Below are positions 61,094 to 64,000 of a DNA stretch of 64,000 nt, one piece after another. Position 1 is the stretch's first letter, and the number at the start of each line of letters is the position of its first letter. A program made the translations under genes and the position numbers. The notes below the pieces were generated by a model that saw only the letters and a program-made list of their open reading frames with translations, ran no database searches and was not told where the DNA came from. Source of the DNA: Styela clava (taxonomy: Eukaryota); assembly GCF_964204865.1 (NCBI RefSeq), contig NC_135252.1, forward strand, positions 2,728,001-2,792,000. The letters run 5' to 3'.

Positions 61094-64000
61094 ATGGCGG
61101 CAAAGATTGCTGTATTTATCCTGGCCATGATGGTATGCAGTTTGGGATTGATCAGGTTAGTTGACATTGATTGCTTCATTGCTTCATTGCATCATCGAAT
61201 GTCGTCACTTTTTAAACATTCTGATTCATTTTAATTTTGAAATGAAATAAACCTTCAAATCCTACCAATGTCTTTCAACCGGATTTTTGTAACTAATAAC
61301 TAATGCAATAATCATTCATTTTCCGCAGCGCAAAGTCTGTCGAGAATCGTAAGTTGATGAATTTCTAGCTGTAAATAATTATGTCGAATAGGTTCTAAAC
61401 TTCAACAACAATTTCTTCATTTCCTGCAAAATGTTCAAAAATTCAGTTTAGTTTTCGTTACGAAACTCATTAAATTGTTGAAGTATAATTGAACATGTGA
61501 CTCACTTTGCCCGATACTTTCAATTTTGTAAAAATTTTTGGATTCATATTTCTCATATTTTACTGAAAAAGCATCGATCAAATTACAGTTTTTCGGTGTT
61601 CTCAGGCTCAAAAATTTGAAACATCGTAACTAACTAAGATATTTAGTTTTGTCTGATTACAGTCGAGTATTTTATGTAAAACTTATTTCTTCTTTATAAG
61701 TAAGTGGTAAAACTGGCAAAATGTTGAAATATCGGCTCTTTACGATATTTTTGTAATATTAACAGGTGACCAGTCCGAGAAGGCATTGCGTTCGGCCGAA
61801 GATAAAGAGAGAATATGGCCCGCCTTTTTTGCTTGGGGAACGTTGGGAGACAAGGACACAGGTAATTATAAACAGGATCTACTTCAGGTGACATCTCGGT
61901 CAAAATGTTGAAATATCGGCTTTTTACGATATTTTTGTAATATTAACAGGTGAGCAGTCTGAGAAGGCATTGCGTTCGGCCGAAGATAAAGAAAGACTAT
62001 GGCCCGCCTCTTTTGTTTGGGGAAGCTTGGGAGACAAGGACACAGGTATTATAAATAGGATCTACTTCAGGTGACATCTCGGTCAAAATGTTGAAATATC
62101 GGCTTATTACCATATTTTTGTAATATTAACAGGTGAGCAGTCTGAGAAGGCATTGCGTTCGGCCGAAGATAAAGAGAGACTATGGCCCGCCTCTTTTGTT
62201 TGGGGAAGCTTGGGAGACAAGGACACAGGTATTATAAATAGGATCTACTTCAGGTGACATCTCGGTCAAAATGTTGAAATATCGGCTTATTACCATATTT
62301 TTGTAATATTAACAGGTGAGCAGTCTGAGAAGGCATTGCGTTCGGCCGAAGATAAAGAGAGACTATGGCCCGCCTCTTTTGTTTGGGGAAGCTTGGGAGA
62401 CAAGGACACAGGTATTATAAATAGGATCTACTTCAGGTGACATCTCGGTCAAAATGTTGAAATATCGGCTTATTACCATATTTTTGTAATATTAACAGGT
62501 GAGCAGTCTGAGAAGGCATTGCGTTCGGCCGAAGATAAAGAGAGACTATGGCCCGCCTCTTTTGTTTGGGGAAGCTTGGGAGACAAGGACACAGGTATTA
62601 TAAATAGGATCTACTTCAGGTGACATCTCGGTCAAAATGTTGAAATATCGGCTTATTACCATATTTTTGTAATATTAACAGGTGAGCAGTCTGAGAAGGC
62701 ATTGCGTTCGGCCGAAGATAAAGAGAGACTATGGCCCGCCTCTTTTGTTTGGGGAAGCTTGGGAGACAAGGACACAGGTATTATAAATAGGATCTACTTC
62801 AGGTGACATCTCGGTCAAAATGTTGAAATATCGGCTTATTACCATATTTTTGTAATATTAACAGATGAGCAGTCTGAGAAGGCATTGCGTTCGGCCGAAG
62901 ATAAAGAGAGACTATGGCCCGCCTCTTTTGTTTGGGGAAGCTTGGGAGACAAGGACACAGGTATTATAAATAGGATCTACTTCAGGTGACATCTCGGTCA
63001 AAATGTTGAAATATCGGCCTATTACCATATTTTTGTAATATTAACAGGTGAGCAGTCTGAGAAGGCATTGCGTTCGGCCGAAGATAAAGAGAGACTATGG
63101 CCCGCCTCTTTTGTTTGGGGAAGCTTGGGAGACAAGGACACAGGTATTATAAATAGGATCTACTTCAGGTGACATCTCGGTCAAAATGTTGAAATATCGG
63201 CTTATTACCATATTTTTGTAATATTAACAGGTGAGCAGTCTGAGAAGGCATTGCGTTCGGCCGAAGATAAAGAGAGACTATGGCCCGCCTCTTTTGTTTG
63301 GGGAAGCTTGGGAGACAAGGACACAGGTATTATAAATAGGATCTACTTCAGGTGACATCTCGGTCAAAATGTTGAAATATCGGCTTTTTACGATATTTTT
63401 GTAATATTAACAGGTGAGCAGTCTGAGAAGGCATTGCGTTCGGCCGAAGATAAAGAGAAACTATGGCCCGCCTCTTTTGTTTGGGGAAGCTTGGGAGACA
63501 AGGACACAGGTATTATAAATAGGATCTACTTCAGGTGACATCTCGGTCAAAATGTTGAAATATCGGCTTATTACCATATTTTTGTAATATTGCTAGGTGA
63601 CCAGTCCGAGAAGGCATTGCGTTCGGCAGAAGATAAAGAGAGAATATGGCCCGCCTTTTTTGCTTGGGGAATGTTGGGAGACAAGGACACAGGTAATTAT
63701 AAACAGGATCTACTTCAGGTGACATCTCGGTCAAAATGTTGAAATATCGGCTTATTACGATATTTTTGTAATATTACTAGGTGACCAGTCCGAGAAGGCA
63801 TTGCGTTCGGCCGAAGATAAAGAGAGAATATGGCCCGCCTTTTTTGCTTGGGGAACGTTGGGAGACAAGGACACAGGTAATTATAAACAGGATCTACTTC
63901 AGGTGACATCTCGGTCAAAATGTTGAAATATCGGCTTATTACGATATTTTTGTAATATTGCTAGGTGACCAGTCCGAGAAGGCATTACGTTCGGCCGAAG
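61094..64000 (+). CDS. Secreted multi-repeat peptide precursor (3' end beyond the window)
   Basis: Exon 61094-61155 (MAAKIAVFILAMMVCSLGLI, signal peptide), exon 61329-61348 (SAKSVEN), then 96-nt phase-1 exons starting at 61766, 61950, 62133, 62316, 62499, 62682, 62865, 63048, 63231, 63414, 63597, 63781 and 63965 (partial). All are GT-AG, in frame and stop-free: G[D/E]QSEKALRSAEDKE[R/K]-[IWPAFFAW/LWPASFVW]-G[T/S/M]LGDKDT. Confidence 0.85.
61717..64000 (+). repeat. 183/184-bp tandem array (96-bp exon plus 87/88-bp intron), at least 12 full units
   Basis: Period read directly; type A units (1, 11, 12, 13) flank type B units (2-10). Confidence 0.97.

Noticed and set aside
61811-61840. Orthology to MIP/allatostatin-B (W-X6-W-amide) neuropeptides
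   Set aside because: Spacing is W-X5-W and the Gly is followed by T/S-L-G-D-K, not a basic cleavage site. The resemblance is insufficient without receptor or phylogenetic data.
61694-63918. Minus-strand ORFs MTEMSPEVDPVYNYLCPC... in the array
   Set aside because: Antisense shadows present only in type A units and broken in type B; the + strand spliced frame explains the splice signals and substitution pattern.
61717-64000. CRISPR array or non-coding satellite
   Set aside because: No unique spacers, eukaryotic context, and the units have exon/intron structure linked to a signal-peptide exon.

Overview
AT-rich, intron-containing animal DNA. The small introns, gene content and repeat types suggest an invertebrate chordate such as an ascidian, but this is inference and cannot be proven from the window. 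Housekeeping block: the 5' part of mitochondrial GPD2 (- strand, runs off the left edge) is head-to-head with a complete HIRA gene (+, 4049-25411), followed by a complete NUP50 (-, 30686-38265). Their introns hold many DNA transposons (hAT with 8-bp TSDs, one PIF/Harbinger, nested MITEs), tRNA-derived SINEs and HINE/DINE-like elements. Positions ~40.4-55.8 kb are a tandem duplication carrying an intronless Not-class homeobox gene: one intact copy, one disrupted copy, and relics of a third, older paralogue. The most striking feature is at 61094-64000 and is absent from the ORF track. What looks like a 183/184-bp satellite is a spliced gene: a signal-peptide exon, a 20-nt exon, then at least 13 tandem exon+intron units. 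Each 96-nt exon encodes a constant charged spacer, a basic cleavage site and a variable Trp-bounded hydrophobic core (IWPAFFAW / LWPASFVW). This is the layout of a candidate multi-core secreted peptide (RiPP-like, defence or neuropeptide) precursor.
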